A stretch of DNA of 64,000 bases from the NCBI GenBank assembly GCA_965235115.1, contig OZ249436.1:19594001-19658000 (forward strand), in the 5' to 3' direction. The DNA comes from Laetmonice hystrix (taxonomy: Eukaryota). The position numbers and the translations under genes are program-made. The notes under the pieces were generated by a model. It ran no database searches, was not told the origin of the DNA, and was given only the letters and a program-made list of their open reading frames with translations. This document shows, piece after piece, positions 38,103 through 50,466 of the stretch; positions within the stretch are counted from its first letter, which is position 1; every line of letters starts with the position of its first letter.

Positions 38103-40043
38103 ACCAAGTGATGTTTCACAGCAGCTGTCCTAGTTAACATGTAATTAAGGAACGTAACGTGGGACGGGAGCAGCCAACTGTTCAGTGCACTCTTTGTGAG
38201 ATGAAGCCAGCGGCTTTGGGGTTGACCTGCTGCTGTATATTAAAAACTTTCGCGATTATTTTCCCATTTAGCCTTGCGTCTCAAAATAGACACGACACTC
38301 ACTACATGTGACAAACTCACGGCCATCTGAAGTTGTCAAGGGTCATCGCGCATCCTGCATTCTACCCCTTGAGCTCAGGCCCAGGCTAAAGCCATTAACA
38401 TGGTCAAAATGGCAACGGCCGACACACCGACCAAGCCAAGGTGACAGGCAAGCAGTGTCTGGCTTGTTTAAAAGCAGATCTCCACTTGATACCTCTGGCA
38501 AGTAGATTAGACGTCAAAGAAAATCTATTCAGGTCTCTATAGAAACTATTTTAGATGTTGACATTCCTATTGGCATTGTGTATCGTCAGACGGAAGTCAA
38601 CGTCCGTCCCACGGACGGGCTGTCTCACTCGGGATTCCCTCGGGATTCCCTCGGGCATTATGACGTCATTTCTTATGTCGATGCAAGCTGGTAAAGTCGT
38701 ACAATTTCATAAATACTGCAAAACTGAATGTGTCGCGGCTGCTAAGAACGATCGAGACTGCAAATCTTCGGAAATTATCCATCTTTCCCGATGAACAATC
38801 CCACGTTAGGCCGAATACCGATGATCTATATGAACTACTTTGCGCACTACGCGAGTTGTGATGTGCCCAAACCCGTGGAATCTACGTCAGACCTTTCTAC
38901 GGCCTGCGAGGTCTGAGACCAAAACTAGCGAAGCAAACGACCGGAAGTTGGGCCGAGATGTTCCGACTTTCGGGATTCCCTCGGGCATATGACGTCATTT
39001 CTGCATATACCCTCGGGTGAAATGGATACATAGCGAAATTGACCTGTGTAGCGAGGCACTGAGTGAACCGTCATATCCCATCGAGCCAGGAAAAAGTGCA
39101 TTATTGAAATCTTCGGCGTTGTATGTGCAAATATAAATTTCTGGTATGAAGGGGAACGTTTGAGGAAGAAAAATGAATCACCTAATTTACCTAAATGGGC
39201 CTGATACGGTAATTTGTCAAATTATGGGCAGAAATATGGCCGCGCCCATGAACGACAACAACACTACACATGGTAGGACTAGGTACTTGTATCCTGGACA
39301 TGAATGATGATACTATCGTAATATTGCCCACTGACTTTGGGGAAAGCACTCCTATATTTCTCCTATATTTTTTTATGACTTTTCCTATATTCATATAGTA
39401 TTTTGAATACTCCAGCGTGTTTGACACCCTGGAATAAGGTAAGATTGGGATTTTGTTTTGGAACCCAAACAAACGCACGTGGTCACGGCTGGTACATCCT
39501 GAATACGGTAAGATGGTGGAGGTGAATCGACCGAGAAACGTGTAAGTTAGAGGATTTTGAGAGATTGAACGTGGAAGATTTGACGCCATATTGTTGAAGG
39601 AGAGGTCTAACTGACAGCCTGAGGCAGAAGAAAGAATTTTGTGCCTTAGGTTAATCCAGCAGCAGTAGAGAAAGTACCGATTGTCATGACGCGAGAAGAG
39701 GAGAGGCTTTCCTTGAGCTGTCAACTGTCGACACTGCATGGTTACTGCATTAAAATGCTAGGCCTCGATCCGAACGAGTTGACAAACCATGCCGTAACTT
39801 TTTATGTTATTCTGAAAAGTATTAAATGAATTTGGCCAATAGGTTAGCCAGTGCATTTTTAAAATCCTACACTACTGATCTACGAACGCAACACAAGAAA
39901 GAAAACACAAAAGAATGCAAATAATGACATCTGTGGATTCCAGATTTAACTGTTTATTACTTTTGCCTTGCATAGAACAGGTTTGCAAAGCATCGCTGAG
40001 TAATATGGTATGGTATATAAATTGTTTTGGGTGAGCCAATTAA

Positions 40044-40568
40044 AGGGAGTCGTAAAATTCATTTTTTCGATTTATGGCAGTCTTAGAAACATATGATTCG
40101 CATACCTTGGACTCCCAGTAACATCATGTGAGACTGTTATGGCCCAGCGACCAGTATTTAGTAAGGAAAATATGCCAAATCTCTCGCAAATACGTAGCTC
40201 AGAATTAGCGAGCGGCCCACAGGATATTTGAGTTGGCCGCGGTCGGGCGATGATGACGCGTGAACACGAGACTTCCGGGTGTGGAAGGGAATCTCCCTCT
40301 AGTCTAGCATTGACCTAAATACCGCATGTACACCCGGAAGTCACGTGATCACGCGTCATCATCGCCCGACCGCGGCCAACTCAAATATCCTGTGGGCCGC
40401 TCGCTAATTCTGAGCTACGTATTTGCGAGAGATTTGGCATATTTTCCTTACTAAATACTGGTCGCTGGGCCATAACAGTCTCACATGATGTTACTGGGAG
40501 TCCAAGGTATGCGAATCATATGTTTCTAAGACTGCCATAAATCGAAAAAATGAATTTTACGACTCCCT
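40044..40568. mobile_element. Kolobok-like palindromic MITE with ~240-bp near-perfect arms and TTAA TSD
   Basis: TTAA|AGGGAGTCGTAAAATTC...GAATTTTACGACTCCCT|TTAA. Confidence 0.9.
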
Positions 40569-40814
40569 TTAATGCTCTCCAAATTCATAAAGATATTTAA
40601 TACTTTGATCTATGAACGCAACAGCCTTGTGATCTATGAACGCAACATCCTAAGTTATATCCACACCATGTGCCACGGATTTAAACAGACCTACAAGATT
40701 TGAATGAAAATATTGTTGCTACAAAACAAATGTCAAGAATTGGGTGGGTCATAATAACATGGTTGGTGGAAGGGGGTTAATTAAAATGGGGCAGGCTAAG
40801 AGTCTGTAGACCTA

Positions 40815-41840
40815 CTACTGTTGGCCGCCGAGTTCCGTTAGCCTTTTTTGGGCAATTAGATCAACTGCCGGCGTGAGCGCGACCCCAGTCGTCGTTAGGA
40901 TGGCTCCGAACACTTCTAGAAAATTCCTGTGTCCTGGTATAATGTCTTTTAACACTGTGTACTGCGGTAGAAGTAACATTACAACTCCAAAAGAGCGTAC
41001 CAGGTTTGCACGCATGGGGCCAATCACTTGGCACGCGTATAAGTATCCAATGGCATTGAATGTAGCACTCAAACAATGACCCACAATCAATACTATATCA
41101 ACTGCCCGAGTGGGAATGATGAGCTCTTCAAAGTAAAACGAAATGCACAATGACGCTATACCACCAAGGGAAGACAGCCAGACGACTTGGCTCACTGCAT
41201 TTATATCAGTGAGTACTAACCCACAAATAATAGATACTGTAGCAGTTGAAAAGCCACCTATTACAACCAGTATGTAGCCCAAGAGAATAGTCGAGTCAAA
41301 AGTATGTTCACAAGTGTTGCCTCCGGTTTCTGTGATGTTGAAGTCATTTTGAAGGCACAAACTGTTATTTTGAAGTTCCCTCTGGAAAAACGGCTCAGGT
41401 TGGCTGATACAGAATATACCAATCCCACACACACATATGGCAATCCACTGAACGATTCCAATCCGGGTCTTTAAGAAAAGTTTATACAGAAGTGTTACCG
41501 CTATAATTGTTGACAGGTTATGGGTTGCACTGGTAGCTGAGACAGAAATCATCCCACTTCCCCCAAAGTACGCAGCATTGTAGGCAACGTTGGAGAAGAC
41601 AATAAGGCATATCCAACCATAGTTGGTAATTTGGTCAGTTGCGAATGGAATTTTCTGTGTCTGTATGATGAGAAAACTTATGCTTAGTTGAACGACGTAC
41701 CTAAATACGTTAAGCTGGAAGTCAGGTATCAACCGACGCAAGGCCTGAACACATGAGATCCCAATGCCATCAGCGATAACGGCACTAATAGCTGCCAGGT
41801 ATCCCAGCAAGGATCGCCAGGTCTCCGCACTTTCTCTCAT
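40815..41840 (-). CDS. EamA/DMT-superfamily (SLC35G-like) multi-pass transporter copy 2, intronless, 341 aa from the first ATG
   Basis: About 10 hydrophobic helices in two EamA-like halves; CVQALRRLIPDFQLNVFR, KLFLKTRI and QYTVLKDIIPGHRN.LEV.G motifs. In-frame ATG at 41840 (the ORF track starts at an upstream GTG). Confidence 0.8.
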   Translation of the reverse strand: MRESAETWRSLLGYLAAISAVIADGIGISCVQALRRLIPDFQLNVFRYVVQLSISFLIIQTQKIPFATDQITNYGWICLIVFSNVAYNAAYFGGSGMISVSATSATHNLSTIIAVTLLYKLFLKTRIGIVQWIAICVCGIGIFCISQPEPFFQRELQNNSLCLQNDFNITETGGNTCEHTFDSTILLGYILVVIGGFSTATVSIICGLVLTDINAVSQVVWLSSLGGIASLCISFYFEELIIPTRAVDIVLIVGHCLSATFNAIGYLYACQVIGPMRANLVRSFGVVMLLLPQYTVLKDIIPGHRNFLEVFGAILTTTGVALTPAVDLIAQKRLTELGGQQ

Positions 41841-41931
41841 TGCAAGCGCTTTCCGGAATAACAGGTACCTCGTTGCTGGCGTCACACCAAGTGATGTCTA
41901 ACAGCTGTCGTAGTTAACTTGTATACCTATG

Positions 41932-42426
41932 TACGGAAACCCTGAAGGGAAATTCGACTTTGACTTCGAGTTCGAGTTCGACTTCGAGTTGTACTTCGAC
42001 TTACACTCCGAGTTCGACTTAAACTTCGACTTCCGGTTACACTTAACGCGCGGCCACGTGTTCGCCTTCAGTGCGCGCCAGGTGCCCCCGCCCCGCGCCG
42101 GCAATGACCCGCCCCTGGGCCGGTTACTTTGGCTGTCAGACCAATGCCATGGTCTGTCGGACCAATGGGAAAATATAACTAACCCTAAACTAAACCTTAA
42201 CTCTAACCCACAGGGTGTCGGAGCTGTCGGACATGAGTGACATACTTTGCCGCTAGGGTGCCGGAAACCGGAAGTCGAAGTTTAACTCGAAGTCGAAGTG
42301 TAAGTCGAAGTCTATGTCGAAGTTTAACTCGAACTCGAAGTGTAAGTCGAAGTCTATGTCGAAGTTTAACTCGAACTCGAAGTGTAAGTCGAAGTCTATG
42401 TCGAATTTCCCTTCAGGGTTTCCGTA
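41932..42426. mobile_element. IS3EU-like MITE with TACGG...CCGTA TIRs, 6-bp TSD and internal TTCGAC/GTCGAA arrays
   Basis: CCTATG|TACGGAAACCCTGAAGGGAAATTCGAC...GTCGAATTTCCCTTCAGGGTTTCCGTA|CCTATG. Absent from the homologous site upstream of copy 1 (~38145). Confidence 0.85.
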
Positions 42427-44384
42427 CCTATGGAACACAGCGGGAGCAGTCTACTGTTCAATGCATCTTGTAAGGAACACAGCGTGGGTCGGGAGCAGTC
42501 ATCTAGATTGTGACCCGGGTGGCGTTGGGTTGGTTGGATAGACACAGGCCCGTAGCCAGGGGGGTTGGGGGGTTGGGGAGGGTCGCCAGACCCCCCCCCC
42601 CCCCGCCAGACCCAAATGTTCCACGCTATGGGACGACACTCACTACATGTGACAAACTCACGGCCATCTGAAGTTGTCAAGGGTCATCGCGCATCCTGCA
42701 TTCTACCCCTTGAGCTCAGGCCCAGGCTAAAGCCATTAACATGGTCAAAATGGCAACGGCCGACACACCGACCAAGCCAAGGTGACAGGCAAGCAGTGTC
42801 TGGCTTGTTTAAAAGCAGATCTCCACTTGATACCTCTGGCAAGTAGATTAGACGTCAAAGAAAATCTATTCAGGTCTCTATAGAAACTATTTTAGATGTT
42901 GACATTCCTATTGGCATTGTGTATCGTCAGACGGAAGTCAACGTCCGTCCCACGGACGGGCTGTCTCACTCGGGATTCCCTCGGGATTCCCTCGGGCATT
43001 ATGACGTCATTTCTTATGTCGATGCAAGCTGGTAAAGTCGTACAATTTCATAAATACTGCAAAACTGAATGTGTCGCGGCTGCTAAGAACGATCGAGACT
43101 GCAAATCTTCGGAAATTATCCATCTTTCCCGATGAACAATCCCACGTTAGGCCGAATACCGATGATCTATATGAACTACTTTGCGCACTACGCGAGTTGT
43201 GATGTGCCCAAACCCGTGGAATCTACGTCAGACCTTTCTACGGCCTGCGAGGTCTGAGACCAAAACTAGCGAAGCAAACGACCGGAAGTTGGGCCGAGAT
43301 GTTCCGACTTTCGGGATTCCCTCGGGCATATGACGTCATTTCTGCATATACCCTCGGGTGAAATGGATACATAGCGAAATTGACCTGTGTAGCGAGGCAC
43401 TGAGTGAACCGTCATATCCCATCGAGCCAGGAAAAAGTGCATTATTGAAATCTTCGGCGTTGTATGTGCAAATATAAATTTCTGGTATGAAGGGGAACGT
43501 TTGAGGAAGAAAAATGAATCACCTAATTTACCTAAATGGGCCTGATACGGTAATTTGTCAAATTATGGGCAGAAATATGGCCGCGCCCATGAACGACAAC
43601 AACACTACACATGGTAGGACTAGGTACTTGTATCCTGGACATGAATGATGATACTATCGTAATATTGCCCACTGACTTTGGGGAAAGCACTCCTATATTT
43701 CTCCTATATTTTTTTATGACTTTTCCTATATTCATATAGTATTTTGAATACTCCAGCGTGTTTGACACCCTGGAATAAGGTAAGATTGGGATTTTGTTTT
43801 GGAACCCAAACAAACGCACGTGGTCACGGCTGGTACATCCTGAATACGGTAAGATGGTGGAGGTGAATCGACCGAGAAACGTGTAAGTTAGAGGATTTTG
43901 AGAGATTGAACGTGGAAGATTTGACGCCATATTGTTGAAGGAGAGGTCTAACTGACAGCCTGAGGCAGAAGAAAGAATTTTGTGCCTTAGGTTAATCCAG
44001 CAGCAGTAGAGAAAGTACCGATTGTCATGACGCGAGAAGAGGAGAGGCTTTCCTTGAGCTGTCAACTGTCGACACTGCATGGTTACTGCATTAAAATGCT
44101 AGGCCTCGATCCGAACGAGTTGACAAACCATGCCGTAACTTTTTATGTTATTCTGAAAAGTATTAAATGAATTTGGCCAATAGGTTAGCCAGTGCATTTT
44201 TAAAATCCTACACTACTGATCTACGAACGCAACACAAGAAAGAAAACACAAAAGAATGCAAATAATGACATCTGTGGATTCCAGATTTAACTGTTTATTA
44301 CTTTTGCCTTGCATAGAACAGGTTTGCAAAGCATCGCTGAGTAATATGGTATGGTATATAAATTGTTTTGGGTGAGCCAATTAA

Positions 44385-44909
44385 AGGGAGTCGTAAAATT
44401 CATTTTTTCGATTTATGGCAGTCTTAGAAACATATGATTCGCATACCTTGGACTCCCAGTAACATCATGTGAGACTGTTATGGCCCAGCGACCAGTATTT
44501 AGTAAGGAAAATATGCCAAATCTCTCGCAAATACGTAGCTCAGAATTAGCGAGCGGCCCACAGGATATTTGAGTTGGCCGCGGTCGGGCGATGATGACGC
44601 GTGAACACGAGACTTCCGGGTGTGGAAGGGAATCTCCCTCTAGTCTAGCATTGACCTAAATACCGCATGTACACCCGGAAGTCACGTGATCACGCGTCAT
44701 CATCGCCCGACCGCGGCCAACTCAAATATCCTGTGGGCCGCTCGCTAATTCTGAGCTACGTATTTGCGAGAGATTTGGCATATTTTCCTTACTAAATACT
44801 GGTCGCTGGGCCATAACAGTCTCACATGATGTTACTGGGAGTCCAAGGTATGCGAATCATATGTTTCTAAGACTGCCATAAATCGAAAAAATGAATTTTA
44901 CGACTCCCT
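44385..44909. mobile_element. Kolobok-like palindromic MITE, duplicate of 40044-40568
   Basis: Same sequence at +4341 with TTAA TSD. Confidence 0.9.
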
Positions 44910-45155
44910 TTAATGCTCTCCAAATTCATAAAGATATTTAATACTTTGATCTATGAACGCAACAGCCTTGTGATCTATGAACGCAACATCCTAAGTTATA
45001 TCCACACCATGTGCCACGGATTTAAACAGACCTACAAGATTTGAATGAAAATATTGTTGCTACAAAACAAATGTCAAGAATTGGGTGGGTCATAATAACA
45101 TGGTTGGTGGAAGGGGGTTAATTAAAATGGGGCAGGCTAAGAGTCTGTAGACCTA

Positions 45156-46181
45156 CTACTGTTGGCCGCCGAGTTCCGTTAGCCTTTTTTGGGCAATTAG
45201 ATCAACTGCCGGCGTGAGCGCGACCCCAGTCGTCGTTAGGATGGCTCCGAACACTTCTAGAAAATTCCTGTGTCCTGGTATAATGTCTTTTAACACTGTG
45301 TACTGCGGTAGAAGTAACATTACAACTCCAAAAGAGCGTACCAGGTTTGCACGCATGGGGCCAATCACTTGGCACGCGTATAAGTATCCAATGGCATTGA
45401 ATGTAGCACTCAAACAATGACCCACAATCAATACTATATCAACTGCCCGAGTGGGAATGATGAGCTCTTCAAAGTAAAACGAAATGCACAATGACGCTAT
45501 ACCACCAAGGGAAGACAGCCAGACGACTTGGCTCACTGCATTTATATCAGTGAGTACTAACCCACAAATAATAGATACTGTAGCAGTTGAAAAGCCACCT
45601 ATTACAACCAGTATGTAGCCCAAGAGAATAGTCGAGTCAAAAGTATGTTCACAAGTGTTGCCTCCGGTTTCTGTGATGTTGAAGTCATTTTGAAGGCACA
45701 AACTGTTATTTTGAAGTTCCCTCTGGAAAAACGGCTCAGGTTGGCTGATACAGAATATACCAATCCCACACACACATATGGCAATCCACTGAACGATTCC
45801 AATCCGGGTCTTTAAGAAAAGTTTATACAGAAGTGTTACCGCTATAATTGTTGACAGGTTATGGGTTGCACTGGTAGCTGAGACAGAAATCATCCCACTT
45901 CCCCCAAAGTACGCAGCATTGTAGGCAACGTTGGAGAAGACAATAAGGCATATCCAACCATAGTTGGTAATTTGGTCAGTTGCGAATGGAATTTTCTGTG
46001 TCTGTATGATGAGAAAACTTATGCTTAGTTGAACGACGTACCTAAATACGTTAAGCTGGAAGTCAGGTATCAACCGACGCAAGGCCTGAACACATGAGAT
46101 CCCAATGCCATCAGCGATAACGGCACTAATAGCTGCCAGGTATCCCAGCAAGGATCGCCAGGTCTCCGCACTTTCTCTCAT
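45156..46181 (-). CDS. EamA/SLC35G-like transporter copy 3, identical protein to copy 2
   Basis: Translation identical to 40815-41840. Confidence 0.8.
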   Translation of the reverse strand: MRESAETWRSLLGYLAAISAVIADGIGISCVQALRRLIPDFQLNVFRYVVQLSISFLIIQTQKIPFATDQITNYGWICLIVFSNVAYNAAYFGGSGMISVSATSATHNLSTIIAVTLLYKLFLKTRIGIVQWIAICVCGIGIFCISQPEPFFQRELQNNSLCLQNDFNITETGGNTCEHTFDSTILLGYILVVIGGFSTATVSIICGLVLTDINAVSQVVWLSSLGGIASLCISFYFEELIIPTRAVDIVLIVGHCLSATFNAIGYLYACQVIGPMRANLVRSFGVVMLLLPQYTVLKDIIPGHRNFLEVFGAILTTTGVALTPAVDLIAQKRLTELGGQQ

Positions 46182-46272
46182 TGCAAGCGCTTTCCGGAAT
46201 AACAGGTACCTCGTTGCTGGCGTCACACCAAGTGATGTCTAACAGCTGTCGTAGTTAACTTGTATACCTATG

Positions 46273-46767
46273 TACGGAAACCCTGAAGGGAAATTCGACT
46301 TTGACTTCGAGTTCGAGTTCGACTTCGAGTTGTACTTCGACTTACACTCCGAGTTCGACTTAAACTTCGACTTCCGGTTACACTTAACGCGCGGCCACGT
46401 GTTCGCCTTCAGTGCGCGCCAGGTGCCCCCGCCCCGCGCCGGCAATGACCCGCCCCTGGGCCGGTTACTTTGGCTGTCAGACCAATGCCATGGTCTGTCG
46501 GACCAATGGGAAAATATAACTAACCCTAAACTAAACCTTAACTCTAACCCACAGGGTGTCGGAGCTGTCGGACATGAGTGACATACTTTGCCGCTAGGGT
46601 GCCGGAAACCGGAAGTCGAAGTTTAACTCGAAGTCGAAGTGTAAGTCGAAGTCTATGTCGAAGTTTAACTCGAACTCGAAGTGTAAGTCGAAGTCTATGT
46701 CGAAGTTTAACTCGAACTCGAAGTGTAAGTCGAAGTCTATGTCGAATTTCCCTTCAGGGTTTCCGTA
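46273..46767. mobile_element. IS3EU-like MITE, duplicate of 41932-42426
   Basis: Same TIRs and CCTATG TSD. Confidence 0.85.
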
Positions 46768-47353
46768 CCTATGGAACACAGCGGGAGCAGTCTACTGTTC
46801 AATGCATCTTGTAAGGAACACAGCGTGGGTCGGGAGCAGTCATCTAGATTGTGACCCGGGTGGCGTTGGGTTGGTTGGATAGACACAGGCCCGTAGCCAG
46901 GGGGGTTGGGGGGTTGGGGAGGGTCGCCAGACCCCCCCCCCCCGCCAGACCCAAATGTTCCACGCTATGGGAGGCTTTGGGAGTTTAAAACATTATAACA
47001 ACTGCAGACTGTAGTCACTATGGGGCGCCTCCATAGGAGCGAAATCAGAGGCCGTAAAAATAGTAGTCCAAGTTTAACTGGCCAGTTCTCAATAAATACA
47101 GTTCGGATTGAAATCGCATATGGAAACAACTTAAAGCAGAAGTCCATAAATGCACCAGTTGTAGACCTGCGCCTTTCAACCTAATCTGAGATAACGCGGT
47201 ACTGCGAAAGTTAGGTGACACGAACCCGAGGTGCAGCCAATGTTTCCATCATGGCGAAGGCAGGCGGAGGCCAGGGTAGGAGGCCGCGGCTTACGACTCT
47301 CAACTAACTTGCACGAGCTGATTATAGCCTGGATGGAAGGAACACTACGCATC

Positions 47354-47442
47354 TATGGAAGGACTACTAATTTGACGGACTACTATTTTGGCGCCACGAA
47401 GCGCTAAAATAGTAGTCCGTCAAATTAGTAGTCCTATACATA
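47354..47442. mobile_element. Tiny hairpin MITE
   Basis: AGGACTACTAATTTGACGGACTACTATTTT ... AAAATAGTAGTCCGTCAAATTAGTAGTCCT. Confidence 0.75.
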
Positions 47443-47741
47443 TAGTTCACAGCATCAAAATCCAACTCTGGTTGCCAACAATGCGGACAGTACAGACATT
47501 GTTAACGATATTTCATGTGTAGAAGTAGAAGCCCCCCACCTGTAGATCCTCTCAGGGAACTCGCTCATGTCGACCCCAGCCAGCGCGGTGCGTGCCAACT
47601 TTACAACTGGCGACCACGACGAGACAGCGTGATGAAATCATCTGGTGACCGCGATATACTAACCTTTGTAAATGGCGACCGTATGGTTTTTTTTTAAATC
47701 GGGGTTGCAACTTTACAACCGGTTTGTGAAACACCCCCAAT

Positions 47742-48008
47742 GTCTTTGCCACCTGCCAAGCTCAGGTTGTCTTTTATTTGGTCAAGAGCCCTCTCGGCAA
47801 GGCCATTCTGACATGGTCAGTAATATCCTGTGAATTCCTTATTGAGGCCTAGGAATTTGCAAGCCTGTTACACGACGTTGGAAACCAAGTCAGACCCATT
47901 ATCTGAAATCAGTCTATAAGGCGTCACGCCATACTTCAAAATCACTTCACGGATGAGTGCTTCCACAATGTCAGACCCTGTGTGGCGCCGGGTTGCCACT
48001 GCTACGGT
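47742..48008 (-). mobile_element. Gypsy-type integrase (rve) core fragment with stops
   Basis: Hand translation: VATRRHTGSDIVEALIREVILKYGVTPYRLISDNGSDLVSNVV*QACKFLGLNKEFTGYY*PCQNGLAER, containing the SDNG and NGxAER catalytic motifs. Confidence 0.85.
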
Positions 48009-48009
48009 G

Positions 48010-48325
48010 AGAGTTCAACAGAAATGTACTGTATGTTGCTACAGTATTGCAGCAATATGAGAGTTCAACAGAAATTTAATGTATGTTGCTGCAGTATTGC
48101 AGCAATATTACAGTTCAACATTTAGGCCTACATGTAATGTACGTTGCTGCAGTATTACAGCAATATTACAGTTCAACAATATTTATAATGAAGGTCTATT
48201 GCTGTAGTATTACTGCAATATTAGGCTATGGTATTCTGAATGTATGTTGCTGCAGTATTGCAGCAATATCAGAGTTCAACAGGAATTCAATGTACATGTT
48301 GAGTATTGCAACAATTTTATAGTTC
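48010..48325. repeat. Degenerate ~50-bp tandem repeat with self-complementary core
   Basis: ATGTTGCTGCAGTATTGCAGCAATAT..AGTTCAACA repeated about 6 times. Confidence 0.75.
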
Positions 48326-48950
48326 CTGGTGCAAAAGGCGGGGAAAAGCCTTGTGTGTTCTGGTCATGGTTTCATATTTCATTTGTCACACATATTTTTT
48401 TTATTTATTTGTAACATTCACTTTACATTGAACCAGATTCAAATAATATAAATGATATAAAAATTGTATCAATTATAGATAACATAATTAATGGATAATT
48501 GAAATGAGCGACTTGATACGTAACTAAATTATAAAAGGTCCTAGAGGATGTACGCTTGCCGCGCGCATATAGGACAGTCAGGGGTCGACGGGTGGATAAC
48601 AACTTAGACAAAGTAAATGTTGTGTTTCATTTTTGTGCTAAATTATAGTTCATAGGTACAACGAAACGAATTTGCAGTTAGACGTGATGTAGAGGTCTAA
48701 ATAATGGCAGTTTAAATAATTTCCAAGCCAAGTTGAACTTGAACATAGTAGTCTAGACATGTCATAACTGAACAGAACGGAGTCCAGATTGTGCCACTTT
48801 GGAAGGTGGCGGCCGAAGTAGGCAGGCCCCCCTAGCCCCCCCCCCCTCCCAACATGAATTTCGGCTGCCAATGGATTTCGGCCATGTGTAGAATTAGACG
48901 TCTATCTATCAATTCCATCACATAAGTCTTACATTTATTTGGCATTCTAA

Positions 48951-49147
48951 AGCCGCTTTCACATGCATACGGTGTGCGGCGTGCGGCATGCGGCGTGCGT
49001 TTTTGTTAATAATGTAGCCAATGTAAATCGCCGCACACCGCAAACCGGGGGCATGTGAACGGTTATATCTATTTTCAGTTGTTCCATTTCTGCAAAAACG
49101 CAAACTGCACGCCGCACGCCGCAAACCGTGTGCATGTGAAAGCGGCT
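48951..49147. mobile_element. Palindromic PIF/Harbinger-like MITE
   Basis: TAA|AGCCGCTTTCACATGCA...TGCATGTGAAAGCGGCT|TTA. Confidence 0.85.
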
Positions 49148-50442
49148 TTAGGACGGGAAACAATATTTCCCAATCTAAAATCTTCAATAAATCTCTGTGT
49201 GGGGGTTGTGAAATTATTTTCATGAATGTATGCTACACTTAAACGTTGGCATGGTCAGCCGTGAGTTGAGAGACTTGGGACCGTGTCCTGTACAGCGTAC
49301 TATACACGTACAGTGTACTATACTAACTCAAGTGCAACTTTCAGAGATGGCAGTTGCAAATTACACTTTTTTTCTTGTTTTATCTCTCCAAACATTTATC
49401 CTGTTCATGTGGTATATTTTTTGAAACATATATCGCTCCAGTAAAGTGTCGGCGTAAGGTAAGAAGACAATTATTTGGGTAAAAGCCGGAAGTGATGTGT
49501 TGGATTGACCTGCTTAACAAGTATTTATTTCTTGCATGTATGGTTTCAGGGTCAAGCGGCAGAGGTTGGAGGTGGCCACCAGGGTCAGGCAGCTGAGGGT
49601 TCTGATTATCTGATTAATAATATACAATGTATTCTAATTTTGAAAATAAAAATGTTGAAATGTAATATGTTGGTTTGTTGTCTGCGGTAAATTAAAATGA
49701 AAGCGAGTATTATATTATAATATTAGGATGATATTGTTTAAATATTATGAAAACATAACTTGCGAATGTTGTCCAAACGTTACGGACAGTGCTGAAGTAC
49801 CATTGCAGAGCGACCAGTTTTGACCAATAAGAAGTATCAACGTATAGATGAATGAGAAAAGCTGAAAGTGGGAAAACACCTCTCGAAACTGCTGTGTTAG
49901 TGCCATTCTCTGTTTAAATTTGCCTCTGTGATATATGCCTCGCAATACTCGACCTATTACCAAAGCTACAATTTTAAAACGCGCAAAATGGGATGTTATA
50001 GCGCACATAGCCAATCATTTGAAATGAAGTTTTGCCCTCCCTTTAGCCACTGAGTCCAATGAATTTAGCTCAAGTTCTTCTACAAAGCAGATTCAGGTGA
50101 TTTTTCAAACCAAGCGGGCACTTCAACATTGTCACGGCCGGCGGCCATTTTAAATAAACTAAGGGAGCAGCTATTTATCTAAGAAGGGGGGCTGGATCTC
50201 GGGCCATAATGGAGGCGTGCTTGGCTCCCTGTGTGATGATATGCTCCCCTACTGGCCTTCAATGCGCATGCGCATTAGGACTAATAACATTGCATTTTCA
50301 AACGAGGAATAAAAACCAAGAAAAAGTGAGCAGTGGAGCATCTTAGACACTATTTTATTTCATAAATATTACCTAAAACATCAGAAAAAAGGCTTACCGA
50401 GTTTATAAGCTCTACATTACGACCGTGTTTACCCAGGGGCAG

Positions 50443-50466
50443 TTAGGGTTAGGGTTAGGGTTAGGG
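50443..50466 (+). repeat. Interstitial (TTAGGG)4
   Basis: Four perfect hexamers. Confidence 0.85.

Larger units (their letters stand above)
38292..46971. repeat. Near-identical tandem duplication with a 4341-bp unit (38292-42632, 42633-46971)
   Basis: All ORFs recur at +4341 with identical translations. The only difference noticed is a poly-C length (14 vs 12). Confidence 0.95.

Noticed and set aside
39191..39739. 182-aa ORF (duplicated at 43532-44080)
   Set aside because: Runs across a MITE boundary and has no recognisable domain.
41898..42541. FDFEF / SKSNS / RSRS low-complexity ORFs (also at +4341)
   Set aside because: Translations of the MITE's hexamer arrays.
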